Source: Callorhinchus milii (lineage: Eukaryota). From it: a stretch of 64,000 nucleotides of DNA. The position numbers and the translations under genes were made by a program. The first letter of the stretch is position 1; each line of letters opens with the position of its first letter. The stretch spans positions 80,354,001 to 80,418,000 of the forward strand of contig NW_024704742.1 of NCBI RefSeq assembly GCF_018977255.1, written 5' to 3'. The notes below the pieces were generated by a model that saw only the letters and a program-made list of their open reading frames with translations, did not search any database and was not told where the DNA came from. Shown here piece by piece: positions 1-13,049 of this stretch.

Positions 1-205
1 ATCTGGAATGCACTGCCTCAGAGGGTGGTGAAAGCAGATTCAATAACAACTTTCAAAAGGGAATCGGATATTAAAGAAAAAAAACTGCAGGATTATGGGG
101 AAAGAGCCAGAGAGTAGGACTAATTGGATAGCTCTTTCAAAGAGCCAGCACAAGCTCGATCTGCTAAGTGGGGTTCTTCTGTACTGTAAGATTTTATGAT
201 CTTAT
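1..205 (+). mobile_element. CR1 LINE 3' end fragment
   Basis: Reads IWNALPQRVVKADSITTFKR, like the CR1 ORF2 C-terminus at 56283-56597, followed by a CR1-like 3' UTR. Confidence 0.75.
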
Positions 206-427
206 GAACAATCTGCACTTGCATTGTGTCTTTCACATAAAATAAATGTTTAAAGTTGCTTCCATTTGGGTACAGTTCGAAGAAGAAGAAGAATCCTTGC
301 ATTTCATACACGTCACATCTTCGAGATGAAGCAAACCACATAAATTGTAAAGTAGTGTGACTGTTGGTGTTTTGTGATTGAAGAGTAGAGATTGTGTTTT
401 TTTTAGAGAGATTTGAAAGGTGGGAGG

Positions 428-2728
428 CAACAACAAAAAGATTACATTTGTATAGCGCCTTTCATGTCAGGAGGACGTCTCAAGCTGCTGGACAGTGTAC
501 AGCGTTTCAGACCGGAGCTGTGGCCAGGGGGAAGGAAGGGAGGGGAGGAGAAGGGGGGNTGGCCGATGGCATGGTCGAAGAGGAGGGTCTTGAGGTAGGA
601 CTTGAAGGAGGCTAAGGAGGGGGCAAGGCAGAGTGATTGGGGGATGGAATTCCAAAGGTTGGGGGGCAGAATGGCTGAAGGCTCTCCTGCCAATGAAGGC
701 AGAGCGGGTCATGGCTTGAATGTGGGGGAGAAAAGACAGTTGAGGGTCGAACAAGACCCCTAGGTTCCTGACTGTCTTGGTGAGTTGTAGTGTGCAACCA
801 TGGAGGTTGATGGTGCCAGAGCCTGAGGTGCTGAGGCGCTGGCGTGAGCCAATTAGGAGGGCCTCAGTCTTGTTCACATTCAACTGTAGGAAATTTGCCC
901 TCATCCAGGACTTGATGTCCGACAGACAGTCTGTCAGGACAGCAGTGGTCCGGGAGTTGAGGGTGGAGGCAGAAAGAGTTGGGTGTCATCCGCATACATG
1001 TGGAAGTTGACTCCATATCTGCGGATGATGTCACCAAAGGGGGAGGCTGCAGATATTAAAGAGGAGAGGGCGAAGAACAGAGCCCTGGGGGACATCAGAC
1101 GTGACAGTGTGGGGGCTGGAGCAGAAACCGTTAGAGGCAATGAAGTGGAGACGATGAGAGAGTTAGGAATCGAACCAGACAAGGGCAGGTAAGTGAAGAT
1201 TGAGTAAAGCAGAGAGGCGGTGTATGAGGATGGAGTGGTCGACAGTGTCGAAGGCAGCAGAGAGGTTGTGAAAGACAAGGAGGCAGAGGGAGCCCTGATC
1301 ACAGATGTTCAGAATGTGATTAGTGACTTTGACCAGGGCTGTTTCCGTGCTGTGGGCAGCACGGAAGCCGGATTGGAGGGGTTCAAAGAGGGAATGGCGA
1401 GAGAGAAAGGAGTGGAGCTGGGACGCGACAACTCGTTCCAGGACCTTGGAGAGGAATGGGAGGTTAGAGATGGGGCAGTAGCTGGAGAGGAGGGATGGAT
1501 CCAGGGAAGGTTTTTTCAGGATGGGGGTGATGATGGCTGTTTTAGTGGGGTGGGAACTGAACCGGTGGACAGGGAGAGGTTGATGACATCGGAAAGGAGG
1601 GGGGCCAGAAGGTGGAACTTGGAGACAAGGAGAGAGGTGGGGATGGGATTGAGGGAGCAGGTGGTGGGTTTGAGTTTGTGGACAGTTTTGATGAGGGAGG
1701 AGGGAGAGATAGGGTCGAAGGAGTATGGGGGGGCGGATGGGTGGGTGTTGGGTCATGAGGAAAGATGATGTGGGGGTGGCTGTGGACGGGGCTGAGGTGG
1801 CTGAATGTATACCCTCGATTTTAGATTCGAGGAAGTCCAGCATCTCCTCACAGTTGGAGTTTGAGGAGAGGATGGGCGAGGTATGGGAAGGTGGATGGAG
1901 GAGACAGCTCGTGATGGAAAAGAGAAGCCGGGGGTTGTCCTTTGCCTCCAAGATAACCTTGGAGTAGAAGGAGGATTTGGCGGAGCAAGAGCGCAGCGGT
2001 AGATCTTGGTGTGGTGAAGCCAAATCTGCCGATGGACCATTAATTTGGATTTGGTCCAGTCGCAGTCGGCAGCTTGCACTTGTGCCTTGAGGGAAAGGAG
2101 ATGGCTGGTGTACCGGGGGATTTACGGGAGTATGAGGCAGATCGGGAGGTGAGGGGGGCAATGGAGTCCAGAATGGAGGAGAGGGAGTTGTGGAGAAAGG
2201 AGAGTGAGGAGAGAAGATCAGTCAGTGAGGGCCAGAGGTGTAGGAGTTCAGATGACTCCAGGGCAGTGGAGAGGGAGGAAATTTTTATCCATGGACGGTA
2301 TGTAATGGTGGAGGATTGGGTAGAGGGAGGTACTGAGATTGAGGGAGATGAAGTGGTGGTCCGAGATGGCTTTATCGACGATGGTGATGTCCGAGACGGT
2401 GAGGCCCCAGGTGATCACCAGGTCAAAAGGGTGGCCATGGATGTTGGTGAGGGTGTGGATAAGGAGGGAGAGGTTGAGGGAAGAGAGGAGGGAGCAGAAG
2501 TTGGTAGAGGTAGAGCAGGAGGGGGTGAAGTTGAGGTTAAAGACGCCTAGGATGAGGTGTTCAGAGCAGAGGGAGAGGGAAAATAGGAGGGTGTGGATGT
2601 CTGAGAGGAAGGTGGGGGAAGGCATAGGGGGACGGTAGACAAGGAGGATTTTGAAAGGAAGCCTGGAGGGGTGGTGGAGGGTAAGGTGTTCGAAGGAGGC
2701 AGAGAAGAAGCATGCGGAAAAGGTAGGT
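428..2728 (-). mobile_element. L2-clade LINE, 5'-truncated and decayed (APE endonuclease + RT, frameshifted, internal deletion near 690)
   Basis: ORF pieces 2248-2625 (HGHPFDLVI, ISDHHFI), 1163-2161 ([43 protein letters not shown]), 934-1302 ([10 protein letters not shown]), 467-904 (NFLQLNVNKTE); 3' stem-loop and (TTG)n tail near 428-490. Confidence 0.93.
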
Positions 2729-3014
2729 AAATTGGACTTTAAGCATTGCTCATTAAAGGAGTCAGACTGAATGGCCTTCTTCTGTGCTGCAAATTTCTAT
2801 GGTTCTGTGGAGCAAGGCAAATGGGGTTTCAGAGTGCAGAATTATAGTAGCTGAATGCCCAGCCACTGATGGTGGGATAGAGGAAGTGAGAAATGACAAA
2901 CAGGCCAGAGGTGGAAGACCAAAACTGAGGATAAAAGAATAGAATGAGATTGCAGGGGTTGGGAAGTGTGAGGTTGTGAAGAGATTCAGATAATTGAACC
3001 ATAAGCTTCTGATG

Positions 3015-3790
3015 GAAGAGGTTCCTCCAGCTGAACATCAGCAAGACCAAGGCTCTCCTGATTGGCTTGCGCTAGCGCCTCCGCCCCTTGGGCGCTGGCA
3101 GCATCAGCCTCCACGGCTGCATACTGAACCTCACTAAGCCAGTCAGGAACCTGGGTATCTTGTTTGACCCTGAACTGTCCTTTCTCCCCCACATCCTCGC
3201 CATGACCGGCACTGCCTACCAACACTTCCGCAAAATTGCCAGACTCCGCCACTGCCTCACCCCTCAGGCTGGCCAAACCCTCACCCACGCATTCGTCACA
3301 TCAAGGCTCGATTATGGAAATTTCCTCCTCATCGGCCTTCCCAACTCTTCCCTTCACAAGCTGTAGTTCATCCAAATCTCTGCAGCTCGTGTACTCTCAC
3401 ACATTCAGGCTCTGTGACCCCATCACTCCCACCCTTGCCTGACTCCACTGGCTCCCCATCCTTCAAAGGATCAAATGCAAGATCCTCGTCCTCACTTTCA
3501 AGGCTATCTACGGCCTTGCCCCCTCCTACCTCTCTGACCTGCTGACTCCCTACCAACCTGCCCGTTCCTTCCGTTCATCGGGCCCCGGCCTGCTCCATGT
3601 TTCCCACCCGACCTGCCCTACCACCCCTCCTCTTCGATCATGTCTTCGGTCACCCTTCCACCTCTTTGTCTTCCCTCACTCCTACCCCATCCCACCTCCA
3701 TGCTCGGGTCCTGACTCCTCACTGTCCACCGCCTTGGGACGTCCTCCCGACATGAAAGGCGCTCTATAAATTTAATTTTGTTGTTGTTGT
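3015..3790 (+). mobile_element. L2 LINE 3' fragment
   Basis: ORF 3088-3366 ([26 protein letters not shown]); 3' end cgccttgggacgtcctcccgacatgaaaggcg followed by (TTG)n. Confidence 0.92.
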
Positions 3791-4089
3791 TTTCGAGCCA
3801 TGCAAATCGTATATAGGAAAGTTATAGCTGAATGCAGGGAAATTCTAAATAACACAAGAAGAATGGGAAGCACTGTCATATATATCATAGTGGAATGTCA
3901 TAATATCAAAATGGAAAATTATTGTACATAAAATTGCTTGGATCTATGTGTTCTACGCATGGACCGGGGAAAAAAGAGAGAGTGAGCCCCAAGAAGCATT
4001 TTGGTAGGCTTGTCAGTTTACAAGTATATTTGATATTGATACCTTTTATATTTGTCACTATTAGATCTCCCACTAAACCTAATTGGTAA

Positions 4090-4325
4090 ATGTGTTTCGT
4101 GCTGTGGTAATGAGCCATAAAGATGAAAAAGGTCCCAAGTTCACCGTGCAGGGCTTTGCTGAATTAATTTATCTTGGTGATAGCAGTCAATGCACTAAAT
4201 TTGTGCTTTGTGATCCATAGGTAGAGAGCCCAAAAGAGCCAGGTTTCACGTTCCTGATCCAGCGATCTTGGTAAGTGAGGTCCGGATTAGGATCAGCAGT
4301 GATGCCTCCATTGTCAAATGGTAAA
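4090..4325 (+). mobile_element. Highly decayed old SINE-like repeat (same family as 37570-37730, 52290-52505, 55910-56130)
   Basis: Shares gagccat...aaggtcccaagtt and gtgatgcc motifs with the other listed fragments; family assignment by eye. Confidence 0.35.
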
Positions 4326-4679
4326 AATAGGGCTTAATACTTGGTGCAGTGTAACAGGATTTGCTCAGTAATGTTCTGTGAACACTGACTAACCAGAAGA
4401 GTATCAGGAACTCTAGCGATCGGAATTGGATATGTCAGAGCAGATTTTCAACTGGTCAGCATGACACATGTCTAATTATCAGAACGAGTTGCTATCTGAC
4501 ACATGATTTGCTGCAGACTGGATCGAGTGCTCCTATTCAATGTCTGGTACTCATTTATGGAAATATCCACTTTGGAAAAATGTCGTAGGGGGCCCTGTAG
4601 AAAGAATTTAATTTGCTTACCTTGTCAGATTGAGACATCAAACCAAGGTGCACCCTGACTGGTCAGATGGATGTTAATA

Positions 4680-4882
4680 CAATACAAAATTAAATTTCTA
4701 TTGCGCCTTTCATTTTGGGAGCACATTCCAAGGTGCTGGACAGTCAGGGATTTGGACCCAAGCTGGGGGTTGGGATCAGAGAGGGTGGATGGCAGGGAGG
4801 GTAGGTAGGTGACCGAAGGTTCGATCGAAGAGGAAGGTTTTGAGACGCGCCTTGAAGGAGGCAAGAATGGCAGCGAGGCGAA
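4680..4882 (-). mobile_element. L2 LINE 3' UTR fragment
   Basis: Similar to the L2 3' end at 23266-23500 (purine-rich + strand, ccttgaaggaggc, gctggacagtc). Confidence 0.8.
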
Positions 4883-5152
4883 GGACATTATTTGAAAAGA
4901 GAAGGGAGTTTCTACCAGAGTCCTGGCCAACAATCTTAATTATAGCCAGACAGAATTAAGGAAAGTTACACAAAGTACCTTAAAACCATACCCTTAAACA
5001 AAAGTAGCTGATTGTATTCTGAGGTTTTGGTTATCGAACCCCGATTCCAGTGAAATTAGAGAACCAGAACAGAAAGGAGATATGACTATTAGCAAGAGGG
5101 CCAGATAGAATATAAGCTGTAACTTTGGGAGATGTAACCCTGGACATGATAT

Positions 5153-5470
5153 GAGTCCTGTAGCTCAGTGGTTAGAGCACTCGCTTTGCAAGTGAGAGAC
5201 CTGAGTTCAATTCCAGGCAGGGCGAAACCTTGGGCAAGTTTCCTTATTCCACACGCCTAATAATCATCCCTCCAAAACCAAAAATAATAATAAAATTGGT
5301 CATTTTCAATCTACGATTGTTTGTGGGACATTGCTGTGCGCAATTGGCTGCCGCGTTCGCCCACAAATATACAGTCAATTCACTTTACAGTGTGTTCTGT
5401 GAAGCGCTTTGGGACGTCCTCCCGACGTGAAAAGTGCTATATCAAATGCACGGATTATTATTATTATTAT
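5153..5470 (+). mobile_element. tRNA-Ala-derived SINE, short form, full length
   Basis: A box tagctcagtgg, anticodon arm ctcgc-tttgcaa-gtgag, B box gagttcaattcc, L2-like 3' stem-loop, (ATT)n tail, possible TSD tatgag. Confidence 0.93.
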
Positions 5471-5889
5471 GAGCCAACACTTGATGGAGGAAGGATGAAC
5501 TGTTGTAGAAGAATACAGTCTGGTCTCTGGCGATCAGCTAAGCTTTTCTATTATTATTTAGCAAGGAATCAGCCTAATCCTCAGCCAATGATTGAGATTT
5601 CACATGAGTGATGCAAAGTGCAGCACTACTTTGCATAGAGTGCACAGGAGGAATGTTTTTTTATGTCAAGTGATAGGTCAAGGTACATGTTATTGCAAAG
5701 TTGGATGCTAAATTTAGCTGGTGGCTTGGAGATGAACAAAATGGGAGCCAGGGATAGAAAGGAAAGTCATGAGAGCTAAACAGCCCAATTGATCTTATCT
5801 AGTGAAGAACGTGAGTACTGATAAGGACAAATTCCTAACCATGTCAGTGCTTTTAGAGGAAGCAGCCAAAACTTTATAAATTCTAGGAG

Positions 5890-6282
5890 TCAGACTGGCT
5901 CAGTTTGTAGTACTCTGATCTCTGAGTCAGGATGTGGATCCAAGGCCCATGTTGGAATTTTGACATTCCAATGCAGTTGTTGGAGATGGCGTCCTTCAAA
6001 TGAAACATTGAAGCAGAGTTCTCATTGTTCAGTTTCGATGGACATTAAAGATCCCATGAGACAATTTGATAAAAAATGGGAATTTCTCCCAGTGTTCTAG
6101 CCAACAATCTTCCGGATATAATTGGTCATTCACTTCATCGCTGTTTGTAGGACATTGCTATCTGAAAATTGGCTGCACCATTAGCTTATGTACACACAGT
6201 TACTACACTTTACAGAAAATTGTGAGGCTATTTTAGGCATGTTGATGTTATCAGCTGTATATCAAATGCAGCAATTATTATC
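5890..6282 (+). mobile_element. Old Deu-domain SINE (SacSINE1/AmnSINE1-like)
   Basis: ggctcagtttgtagtactct head, ccttcaaatgaaacattgaa, aaagatcccatg, ctgtttgtaggacattgc motifs typical of DeuSINEs. Confidence 0.7.
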
Positions 6283-8579
6283 ATCAAACTCAGTTATTAT
6301 CATCAAAGCCAGCTCAGCCCCAAGGAGATCCTGCTTACCTCACCCTCCTCCAGAAGAGAAATAAACAGCAAATCAAGGAACAAAAAGCAGAAGAATGAAC
6401 CAAATTTGAAAAAAGACAAAAGTTTTTTTTAAAATAAGATGTCTTTGTTGTCAGAATGCAATTCATTCTGTTCAATATTGTTTTGAAACTAATAGCACAT
6501 TTGTCTCTGTGCTTTGCTTCACACTATACTAAGCTTCAAAGTGCCCATTTGTTGTAAAATGTAAAATTCAATACTACAATTGTTCATTTCCATTAAATGT
6601 GATGTTTTCCTTTTACGAGACCATTAAAATTTAACAGCACATACCAATAAAAAAACATTTCTTGTTTAAGTTGAAATCAAAGCAACACTTTGCAATTATA
6701 CAGCTTCTTTCACATATGAAGAATGTCTTTAAAGCACTTTACACAGAGAGGGAAACCAAGCTAGAGGAAAGATGGGTGGTTAGGGGAGGGTGGTTGTAAG
6801 CATATCATGTAATCATAGATCCCCACTAGACATAACTGTATTCTTTATATTCATCAAATGACTGAACACTGACACAGACGGTTGTAATCAGGACACATAT
6901 GTCTTAGATTTTATAATTGCTATAAAATCTATTATTATTGATAAAAATACATAAAAACACATGCAAATGAGTGGGGTGCCAATGATCAAATCACAGATTC
7001 TCCATAGTTAAATAATCTTCCAGCCACCTTGTTTCTGCAACTAATAGTTAGGTCTACTTTAAATGAAGGGAGCAGGTATTGAAGGCATTCCTTTTCACAA
7101 TACCTCCAGGTTAACTAACATCTTCACTGGCCAAGCAAGGGCTATCTTACTGTAGTTTCTACTGTAGTTTACACAAAATAATGACTCCAGAGCAAAAATC
7201 ATTTTGAGACCTTGAACTAACCAGTATAACACATGCATGGAGAGCTTTTTTTTACTGTTGGGATTGCTCCATTGAAACCGTAGATTGGTAATAAGGTCCT
7301 GTGACAAGTGCCTCATTGCATTATAGTAACATCAAATCACTTTGCAAGTGTAGCATTCATTTAAATACGTTTTTTACTGTTTGAGTGATGTGTGAAAAGA
7401 TGCATTCACATTAATAACCAAGGCTATGCAGAGGTGTAAATGTTTCCTTTTAAATGCATTATGGTACATGATCGGGTTGCATTTCAACTCTAATATTAAA
7501 GTTAGTCCCAGCAGGGTTAGAACCATTGTGTTTTATGAAGTATGTGATCCTCAAGAGCTACACTCATCCTTATAACCTCCAATTCCACTTTTTAAATGGA
7601 GAATAATAAAAAGGACATTTTTCTAGGTCCTTCAACAATTTTAAGGTAGACCTACATAGCAACATATTTATTTTAAAACCAGTGTCATTTGCATATGCAA
7701 TTGATGTGTGCAAATCACCTGCTAATTTGATATATGAAACTGCACTGATGTCAATTTATAATTGGAATTGATTTCAGTGAGATTTTGATGCTGTGTAGTG
7801 GTCCGAAGCACCATCTTCCACTGTCGAATGCAGTCAGCAAAACAGTGCCTTGAGGCATGGCAGGATAAGTGTATAAGCTCCAATGACAATGTAGGACATT
7901 CTAGCTATGAACGCTTAACAACCAGGGGGTGAGTCCTGCTGTTTAAATATTTGAAAGCCTAATCTTGAGAGCTAATCCAGCTCTGTGGCTCGCAGCTGCT
8001 TGACTGATATTGTATGTTGGTGTATCTCTTGTACTTTTGCATCTCAAGTATTCCAGTGAAAGTGAAGAGTCATGCTGGCAAGTTGAATAATAAATGATTC
8101 AACAGTAATAAATAATCAAGTCAAATTATGATATACCAGATTTTTTTTTAACTAAACTTTTGTCAGGGAAGTTAGGTGAATCTTCGAGAAGGAGCTCTGA
8201 ATACAAACAAAGGGTCTGTGGCCAGTGACTGGCAGTGAATGAATTGAACTCTGGAGTTGTCACTGTCCCATCGAGCTAATAAAATTGCACACCACCAGCT
8301 GTCTGTCAATGTGGTGATGCAGTTTGACAACATACTCCTGTCTTTTAATTGATGGGCTTTAAAGCCAATGTTTCATTGATTAACAGGTCTGCCTGCATTT
8401 AAAAAAATAGCCTGGAGCAAAGTCACTCCCAACTGGAACACAGATTTTCAAGTTGTTCTTTAGATTTAGCTAGCCCTTCACAATGTTAAAGGAAACAAAT
8501 ATATTTTACCCTAATTTGGGAAAAACAAATGGTTTTAATTTGTACCCTTTGTACCACTGACCATCCTAGCATTTCCATA

Positions 8580-8890
8580 GGGATGTGCTGCGTTGATGGA
8601 GGTGCTATCCTTCAGATGAGATGTTAAACTGAAGCAGTCTGCCCCTCTAGGTGTAAGTTAAAGAACCCATGGCACTATTCGAAAGGAGAACAGAGTTTCT
8701 CCCAGTATCCTACCCAACAATCCCCCATATAAAATTAATCATTCACTTCATGGCTGTTTGTGGGACATTACTGTGTGCAAATTGGCTGCTGTGTTCACCC
8801 ACACACTTGCAACATCCTGTGAAGAGCTTTGGGCCGTACTGCCGATGTGAAAGGCGCTGTACTAAATGTAAGAATTTTTATTACTATTAT
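8580..8890 (+). mobile_element. Old Deu-domain SINE fragment
   Basis: ggaggtgctatccttcagatgagatgttaaa...aagaacccatggcactattcgaa...tgtttgtgggac...tgaaaggcgct. Confidence 0.75.
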
Positions 8891-9319
8891 GTGTCCTGTA
8901 ACCTACAATATATTGAAATATATGTAGTACATTTCAATCCCTCTGACTTACCTCCTTCTTAAACTTAGCCTTTGCAAATATATATTGCTGCACTTCAGAG
9001 ATAAATAATTTATTACTGGTTAGCTGCGGAACAAATGGAACTTTAAACTTTAATTTTGTTGCCCCACTAAACAAAGTCTTAACGGCAGTATTAATGAAAT
9101 TCAGCGGTTTTCTAAAGCTCCCTTCAGGACGCTAATAACTATTTGTGAAAATTAAACTGTAAATTAATTTGTCAGAATGTCATGCTGAATTTGTACTTTT
9201 CAGATTTTTTAAAATTTTCACTAAATTGCAAATGTCAACACCAAAGAGAATATTTTGAGTTTTCAATCATTTCCACTTGTTGTACGGCTAGTTCAATTGA
9301 TAGAACTCTAGTCTCACGT

Positions 9320-9490
9320 ATAAATCCCTTCACTCCCTAGCACCTCCCTATCTATCTGATCTTCTAGAATTCCACTCCTCTGCTTGGCCCCTTTGCTCAG
9401 CTAACACAGGCCTCTGCCAATCCCTCTAAGCCAGCATTGGTGGCCAAGCTGTCAGTCACGATGTGCCTAACCTCTGGAACACCCTTCTTG
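9320..9490 (+). mobile_element. Old L2 ORF2 C-terminal fragment
   Basis: Reads YKSLHSLAPPYLSDLL, then IGG.A.S...P.LWN-like codons. Confidence 0.6.
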
Positions 9491-9504
9491 CTCCTCGGTT
9501 GACA

Positions 9505-9602
9505 AGAGTCAAGGCTTGGGAACCCCAGAGTGTTCATTGGGGAACTGCTGGAGTTTAACCTTCTGAAACCTCATAGCTTGTCATTGTCCGGCGGTTTGCA
9601 AG
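9505..9602 (+). repeat. Unclassified dispersed repeat, 3' part (copy D)
   Basis: aaggcttgggaaccccagagtgt...actgctggagtttaacc...catagcttg matches the reverse complement of 46791-46890. Confidence 0.7.
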
Positions 9603-9609
9603 ATTTGTG

Positions 9610-9950
9610 GATTTAAGATCCACACTGGGACTTGAGATCATAGACTAGCTTTGCACTCCATAGCAGAACTGCAGGGCTGTCCTTCTTGTTAAATGTTAAA
9701 AGATAAGGCTTGATCTGCCTGTTTAGATGGGTGTCAGAAATCTCAGGGCACTATTCAAAACGAGAAGGGAGTTTCTCACATCTTGCCAAATGACCAGATT
9801 ATTTGTGATTCACCTCGTGGCTATTTGTGGGAGCTTGCAATATGCAAAATAGCTGCTGCATTTACCTACAAAAAAAGTCACTACGTTTGACTAATTATTC
9901 TTACGTGCATCCAGTTGGAAACATATTCTGTGCTACAAAAATGCAAGTGA
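9610..9950 (+). mobile_element. Old Deu-domain SINE
   Basis: tctgcctgtttagatgg, ggcactattcaaaa, tttgtgggagcttgc, aaaatgcaag motifs. Confidence 0.6.
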
Positions 9951-11749
9951 TTTCTTCCTTCAATAGATCTTATTCCTTCAACCGTAAAAGGTGCTTCTCA
10001 CCTTGACAGTCTAGTACTAATGAGCAGACATTTGTTGGAACTCACCAGAGGACTGCAGCGCAGGGGCCTTTTGCAAAACTCATTGCTAAGATCTTGTATG
10101 TCATGCCAGAAATTAATTCAGGCTTCTGAGTCTAAAAATCTTCTATTCCCAGACCTACTTGGCCACCCGAAGCTTTCACTTTTGTCAGCTTTCTGGGGCA
10201 TGATGTGAAATGAAGCTTTACTTTGTGTATCCAGTGCTGTCTCCACTGCAGTCAATGTTCTGGGAAGTATACTCACATTACTGTGAGTGCAGTCAATCCA
10301 AGCTGGATTAATATTGTATTTCACAGAACAATTGGTGGTTCAACTAGTATGCATGAATCAATTCAGTCAAAACAAACTCCGCATTGTATTATTCAGACTC
10401 TTGGCAAGTTTTACTGCCTATTATTATGAATAATAATTGCACTTAACAAAGTGCCTTTCGGGTTGAGAGAACATCTCAAAGCGCTTAATAGGATTTACTG
10501 TAAAGTGTAGTGTTTGTATATTTTGTAGGTGAACAAGCTAATGATTTATCAGAAGCTTTGGTAGTCAGAAGCAGAATTCTGTATTCCAGACACTCGGGTA
10601 TTTTAGACAGTGTTGATGCCACTGCAGAATATAATGCAGGTTGGACAGAGTGGTGAATTATTATTGAAAGTGAACTCAAGCAATAATTTAGTCAATTATG
10701 AGGGACCTGATTCAATTAGCTAAGTGCAGCAGCCAATCTTTTGAGACAATTGCGATTAGTTACGGTTGGTCTGGGCTTTGCCATCACTGAGTGACTTAAT
10801 GCAGTGTTTGAGCCTGTAAAAAAACATCATTTGTACTGACTGTGCTAACCTTCTGTGTTGTAAGATGAGGTGCAGGAAATAAATGAAGTTGCTGTATAGT
10901 CCAAGAACGAACTGCCTGAATTCTGTTCTCGTCAATTTTTTCTCCTCAAATTTTTTCCCCTCATCCTCCAAAAGTGTCTGACTTGCTTTTCCATCTCTTG
11001 AGGTGCAGATCAGAAGGCACCTATTCGTCTCCATCACCTCATCCAAGTAACTTCATAGGGAAGCAGATTTGTTAGGTGAAAGCAGAGGGTGTTTAAAGGG
11101 GACTAAAAGTTTCCTTAGAGCAAGCTAGGACCACTGCAAATGTAGTTTACAACCAAGCATGGCCTGAGGCAGGGCAAGTTATTAGGTAAATGAGGTGGGA
11201 TCAGTGGATTATACCACTATTTAAAGAATCACAATATAAGACCGATCCCACATCTTTCTTCCACTGCTGCCTGTTATTGGTCATGGCTGGAAGGGTCCCT
11301 CTGAGCTGGTACCAGTGGTGGATTGCCTGGTGCTTTATAACAGATCCATGTGTGTGTCCCCGAGATCTGGAAGGACTATTATTCCGAATTGAAGTCTGAC
11401 CCAACAGCCCATAGCAGAGATTCATCTACATAAAACGTGGCAAGAGTTGACTGGAGGTGTTGAGCAGATTGAAGGCCAAGACAGCGCCTTGGGATGTCCT
11501 CCCAATGTGAAAGATACTATACAAATGTAATTTTGTATTTTGTATTGTATTAATGATCCAGTTCGCTGGGAGGAGGTGTGATGCCTTATAATAAGGCAGC
11601 AGCTGTCATCTGTATTAACGCCAAGTTTCTAAAAGCTGTTCTGAGAGAAGGGGTGGAAAATGTCTTGAGTCCCACAGATCTGTGCCAGTAATCGTCAATC
11701 TGCCTTAGAACTACCTTTTCATGACAGGTCAATAGGTTTCTGTTTGAGG

Positions 11750-11784
11750 CACACACACACACACACACACACATACACACACAC
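11750..11784. repeat. (CA)n microsatellite
   Basis: Direct inspection; one interruption. Confidence 0.95.
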
Positions 11785-11969
11785 CCTGTCAGTACAGTTG
11801 TAGTACTTATCCAAAAGACAATCAAGTAAAACTCTTTAGAGACCCCATTATTGGGAGGGATTTTCAACAATTCCTCTTGCTCTAATGGCAACTCTGAATG
11901 TGACAGAAGTAATTACTTTTTTTGGATTATTGGATCTTTCCAGCCACCAGAAATAATTTGCATAGACAT

Positions 11970-12945
11970 TAGTCATGCTGCTATTTTTGCCCACAAAATG
12001 TACAGTTAATTCACTTTACAGTATATTCTGTGAAGTGTGTTGCGACATCTCGAAGGTGTAATAAGGTGCTATATCAAATGCAAGGATTATTATTATTTGT
12101 ATTACTTTGTCCACTTGCAATTGGCAATGGTTTATGACACACAGCTTCAAACATCTCAACAACAACAATTTCATTTATGTAATGCTGTAATAATAATCCC
12201 TCCAAACCAAACAATAATAAATTGGTCATTTTCAATCCACGACTGTTTGTGGGACACTGCTGTGTACAATTGGCTGCTGCGTTTCACCCACAAATATACA
12301 GTCAATTCACTTTACAGTCTATTCTGTGAAACGCTTTGAGACGTCGAGAAGATGTGAAAAGCGCTATATCAAATGCAAGGATTATTTTTATTATTATTAT
12401 ACGTAAAGGAATAGGTTTCACAAAATGAGAAAAATTTGAAATGAAGCACTTGTTGTTGCAAAAATGGCAGCCTACAGTAATATTGCAGAATTAGCAATGA
12501 GAGGAGCAGTCGATTAACCTGGAAATGTTGATTGTTTATTTGTGGATTCGGAGACAGAGATGGCCACCCAAATTGTTGGAATTGCTGGTGTTTGCAGTGT
12601 TTGGTGACGGAGGTGGTACTCCTGTAAAGATATGATTACCATTTGTCAATTTAATGCCACACATCAAGTTTAACTCACTAGTAAGAACTTGTATTAGTTT
12701 ACAGGAAAGTGTGTGGTATGTCCTCCGGATGTGAAAGGCGTTATACAAATGTAATTTGTTGTTGTTTTTGTTGTGTGCACACATTTAAAGTGTCTTTAAG
12801 GATGTTATTTTTGTCTATGTGATACTGATTTATGCGCACAAAATATATAGACAATTCACCTTACAGTATATTCTGTGAAGCGCTTTGAAGACGTATCAAA
12901 GACATGATAAGGCGCTATATCAAATGCAAGGATTATTATTACTAT
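11970..12945 (+). mobile_element. Cluster of three 5'-truncated SINE tails (approx. 11970-12095, 12185-12400, 12830-12945)
   Basis: Each has a close variant of aattcactttacagt...ctatatcaaatgcaaggattatt. Confidence 0.8.
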
Positions 12946-13049
12946 AATCACTGTATCCAGAAAATGTCCTTCCAGGTAACTTGGAAATATCCAGTATAAA
13001 TATGTATAAATATGTTCTTCAGCCTTAGGCAGCTCAGTCTGCATTCATT

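Noticed and set aside
1220..2638. Long plus-strand Glu/Gly/Arg-rich ORFs
   Set aside because: Antisense shadows of the C-rich L2 ORF2
5153..5225. tRNA-Ala(TGC)-like gene (and other SINE heads)
   Set aside because: No proper acceptor stem, and always fused to a SINE body and ATT tail; these are SINE heads, not tRNA genes
5321..5611. Recurring MWDIAVRNWLPRSPTNIQSIHF...YYYY ORFs (also 38991, 51656, 54598)
   Set aside because: Chance reading frames through SINE bodies and (TAT)n tails, not a gene family
7799..7928. Plus-strand exon candidate ending at gg|gtgagt, or CTCF-like accagggggtg
   Set aside because: Weak acceptor, unrecognised peptide and imperfect motif
10756..11470. Possible Harbinger Myb-like ORF (minus) and transposase N-terminus (plus)
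   Set aside because: Only a faint motif resemblance (LDEV..; SD...RF); cannot be supported without a profile search
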